From contig DATJUJ010000036.1 in NCBI GenBank assembly GCA_035502475.1, positions 66,357 through 130,356 on the forward strand: 64,000 nt of DNA, read 5' to 3'. The stretch is from Thermoplasmata archaeon. Its GTDB lineage: Archaea > Thermoplasmatota > Thermoplasmata > Lutacidiplasmatales > UBA184. The notes beneath the pieces were generated by a model that was not told the DNA's origin, did no database searches, and saw only the letters and a program-made list of their open reading frames with translations. This document shows, piece by piece, positions 61,972 through 64,000 of this stretch; the stretch's first letter is position 1, and every line of letters begins with the position of its first letter. The translations under genes and the position numbers were made by a program.

Positions 61972-62544
61972 GTGGAGGACCCGCCGTTCGTCATCGGCGT
62001 CTCGGGGGCGAGCGGGGCCGCCATCGCCCTCAAGGTGCTGGAGGCGCTCCGGGCCGCCCGGCAGCCCGTCGCGCTGGTCGTCACCGACGGGGCCGTGGCC
62101 GTGCTGCGGGAGGAGTGCGGGGTGGGCCCGGAGGCCCTGCGGTCCCTCGCCCGGGACGTCTACTCCGACCACGACCTCGGCGCCCCGATCGCCTCCGGCT
62201 CGCGGCCGACGCGCGGGATGGCGGTCGTGCCGTGCTCGGTCAACACCGTCGCCAAGATCGCGCTCGGCCTCGCCGACACGCTCCTCACCCGCGCCGCGCA
62301 CGTGCACCTGAAGGAGCGCCGAACGCTCGTCGTGGTGCCCCGCGAGACGCCGATGCCGTCGACCCTGCTGCGCCACCTGCTCACGCTCAGCGAGGCGGGG
62401 GTCGTCGTGCTCGATGCGGCCCCGCCGTACTACCTCCATCCCCGGTCCGTGGACGACCAGACGGCGTACCTCGCCGGGAAGGTCCTCGACCACCTGGGCG
62501 TCCCGCACCGTCTCTACGTCGGATGGAAGGCGGGGCCCGAATGA
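61972..62544 (+). CDS. ubiX: Flavin prenyltransferase UbiX
   Basis: GTG 61972 in frame in track ORF 61543..62544. Motifs FVIGVSGASGA, MAVVPCSVNTVAKIALGLADTLLTRAA, VVPRETP. Confidence 0.88.
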   Translation: MEDPPFVIGVSGASGAAIALKVLEALRAARQPVALVVTDGAVAVLREECGVGPEALRSLARDVYSDHDLGAPIASGSRPTRGMAVVPCSVNTVAKIALGLADTLLTRAAHVHLKERRTLVVVPRETPMPSTLLRHLLTLSEAGVVVLDAAPPYYLHPRSVDDQTAYLAGKVLDHLGVPHRLYVGWKAGPE

Positions 62545-63146
62545 GCGCCCCGGCGCCGCGGCCCTCCCGAGCCCCGGGGAGCCGTCGCTCGATCGGGGAG
62601 TACTTTCCCTGGCCGCTCGTCGGGGTCACCGTCCTCCTCGTCGTGCTGATCCTGCTGACCCCGGTCCTCCTCGCCCCGACCGGGCCCCCGGCGGCCGGCA
62701 CGATCTTCACGCAGGGGGAGCTCCTCGTCGACCGCGTCACGGGGGGCAACGCGACGTACATCTACGTCCACGCCTACGGGCCGACCGTCCGGTACGCGTC
62801 GATCCAGGTCACCTGGGCGTCGGACTTCAACTGGTCCGGTGCGGGCGCCCCCGCGTGGAATGCCCTTAACTGGTCGGTCGGGCTCAACGCCTCGAACGTG
62901 CTCGTCGGCGTCCTCAACACGGCGGAGAACCCGCTCGCGATCAACGTGACCGCGCTCTACAACGAGAACGGCGTCGCCTACTACGTCGGGGTCTTCGCGC
63001 TGTACCTCACCAACGCGACCGCGTCGCCCCCGAACTCGCTGCTCGCCGTCACCGCGACGTCGGGCGTCTCCGTGCCGTCCGTGACCGCGATCGCGAACCT
63101 GCCGATCATCGTCACCCTCTCCGACGTCGGGAGCACGGCCCCGTGA
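62541..63146 (+). CDS. N-terminally anchored extracytoplasmic protein with many N-glycosylation sequons, unknown function
   Basis: ATG 62541 (ATGA overlap with ubiX) in frame in track ORF 62115..63146. TM helix WPLVGVTVLLVVLILLTPVLLA. Sequons NAT, NWS (x2), NAS, NVT, NAT. Confidence 0.6.
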   Translation: MSAPAPRPSRAPGSRRSIGEYFPWPLVGVTVLLVVLILLTPVLLAPTGPPAAGTIFTQGELLVDRVTGGNATYIYVHAYGPTVRYASIQVTWASDFNWSGAGAPAWNALNWSVGLNASNVLVGVLNTAENPLAINVTALYNENGVAYYVGVFALYLTNATASPPNSLLAVTATSGVSVPSVTAIANLPIIVTLSDVGSTAP

Positions 63147-63493
63147 CGCGGCGGTCCCCGCCGATCCTCGCCCTGTGGACCGGCCTCATCGTCGTGCTGC
63201 TCGTCATCGAGGTCGCCGAGGTGACCCACCTCTTCACGATCCCGATCCAGTCGGCGATCGAGGACCCGCTCGCCTTCGTGCTCGCCCTCGTCTTCACGAC
63301 GATCCTCGCGCTCGTCGGCGCGATCTTCATCGGGATCTACATCTCGCACCGGATCCTGACGCCCGGCGGCTTCACGCCGTTCGAGGAGGAGATGCTCCGG
63401 ATGCGCCAGGACGTCCAGGAGCTGAAGGCGACCGTCGAGGCGCTCCGGCAGGAGACGGCCCCCGCGGATCCGCCCGAGGAGACGTCCCCGTGA
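63143..63493 (+). CDS. Two-TM membrane protein with C-terminal coiled-coil segment
   Basis: 116-aa ORF with GTGA overlap to the previous gene. Helices ILALWTGLIVVLLVIEV and FVLALVFTTILALVGAIFIGIYI, then EEEMLRMRQDVQELKATVEALRQE. Confidence 0.6.
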   Translation: MTRRSPPILALWTGLIVVLLVIEVAEVTHLFTIPIQSAIEDPLAFVLALVFTTILALVGAIFIGIYISHRILTPGGFTPFEEEMLRMRQDVQELKATVEALRQETAPADPPEETSP

Positions 63494-64000
63494 GGGTCCC
63501 GGTGATCGACAACGGCGGCCAGTGGACCCACCGGGAGTGGCGCGTGCTCCGCGACCTCGGCGCGGAGACCGAGATCGTGCCCAACTCGACCCCGTTCGCC
63601 GCGCTGCGCGCCGACGGGATCGTCCTCTCGGGCGGGGCGCTGAGCCTCGAGGGGACCGACACGCCCCTCGGCGAGGTCGCCGGGTGGATCGACAGCGCGG
63701 ACGTGCCGGTCCTCGCGATCTGCGTGGGGCACCAGTTCCTCGGCCGTCACTTCGGCGGCGCCGTCGGGAAGGGCGCCCCCGAGTTCGGCGCCGTCGCGCT
63801 CACGGTCGACCGGCCCGACCACCCGATGTTCGAGGGTCTCCCGCCGGCGTTCCGGGTCTGGGCGAGCCACAACGACCAGGTCGTCCGGCCGCCGCCCGGC
63901 TGGACGGTGCTCGCGCACTCCCCGAGCTGCTCCGTCGAAGCGATGGCCCACCCGCAGCGCCCCCTGTGGGGGGTGCAGTTCCATCCCGAGGTCGAGCACA
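63490..64000 (+). CDS. guaAA: GMP synthase (glutamine-hydrolysing) subunit A, class I glutamine amidotransferase; 3' end outside the window
   Basis: GTGA overlap with the previous gene. Motifs VPVIDNGGQW, GIVLSGG, the nucleophile elbow LAICVGHQ, and GVQFHPEVEH. Confidence 0.85.
   Translation, partial: MRVPVIDNGGQWTHREWRVLRDLGAETEIVPNSTPFAALRADGIVLSGGALSLEGTDTPLGEVAGWIDSADVPVLAICVGHQFLGRHFGGAVGKGAPEFGAVALTVDRPDHPMFEGLPPAFRVWASHNDQVVRPPPGWTVLAHSPSCSVEAMAHPQRPLWGVQFHPEVEH

Noticed and set aside
1-64000. Search for CRISPR arrays, IS elements/transposases, integrases, prophage or toxin-antitoxin/defence cassettes.
   Set aside because: I saw no regularly spaced direct repeats, terminal inverted repeats or recombinase, nuclease or toxin-like ORFs. 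The window looks like core chromosome. A computational repeat scan would be needed to be certain.

Overview
Very GC-rich (not computed) chromosomal segment of an archaeon. The archaeal assignment rests on these genes: membrane-inserted LonB, proteasome alpha subunit, aEF-1alpha, uS10, the uS13-uS4-uS11-RpoD block, Pelota, MBF1, TrmY, archaeal-type NMN adenylyltransferase, archaetidylserine synthase and decarboxylase, and a Tes-like radical SAM enzyme. The lineage cannot be fixed without a database search. I support about 65 protein genes and 2 tRNAs (Thr-CGU, Phe-GAA). I saw no rRNA, CRISPR array, transposase, integrase or prophage. The high GC content produces many very long Arg/Pro/Gly/Ala-rich alternative-frame ORFs in the track, and I rejected these. 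Other content includes bacterial-type uvrA-uvrC, topA, folD, dnaJ, an OTCase-family gene, citrate synthase, three MFS transporters, a CPA2 antiporter, GNATs and several methyltransferases. Many genes have an isolated AT-rich TATA-like island about 20-35 nt upstream of the start codon, which suggests leaderless or short-leader mRNAs. Many neighbouring genes are joined by ATGA/GTGA overlaps. The best candidate for something undescribed is at 48.7-50.2 kb. There, a single-chain tandem ribbon-helix-helix protein is SD-coupled to a divergent, tail-less FtsZ-family GTPase whose T7 loop reads NVDLAS. The pair is preceded by a perfect 10-bp inverted repeat and an unusually long, poorly coding spacer, a layout resembling TubR/TubZ. 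Other notable items: (1) two thiolase-fold/DUF35 modules, one where the nucleophilic Cys appears replaced by Gly and one where DUF35 is fused to a degenerate HMG-CoA-synthase-like half domain; (2) an OTCase with HDLP instead of HCLP; (3) uS13 with long Lys/Gly/Asp-rich and Ala/Lys-rich extensions; (4) a CPA2 antiporter whose first TM helix is in frame but has no canonical start codon; (5) a UvrC without the (HhH)2 domain. All functional calls come from by-eye motif recognition, with no searches run.
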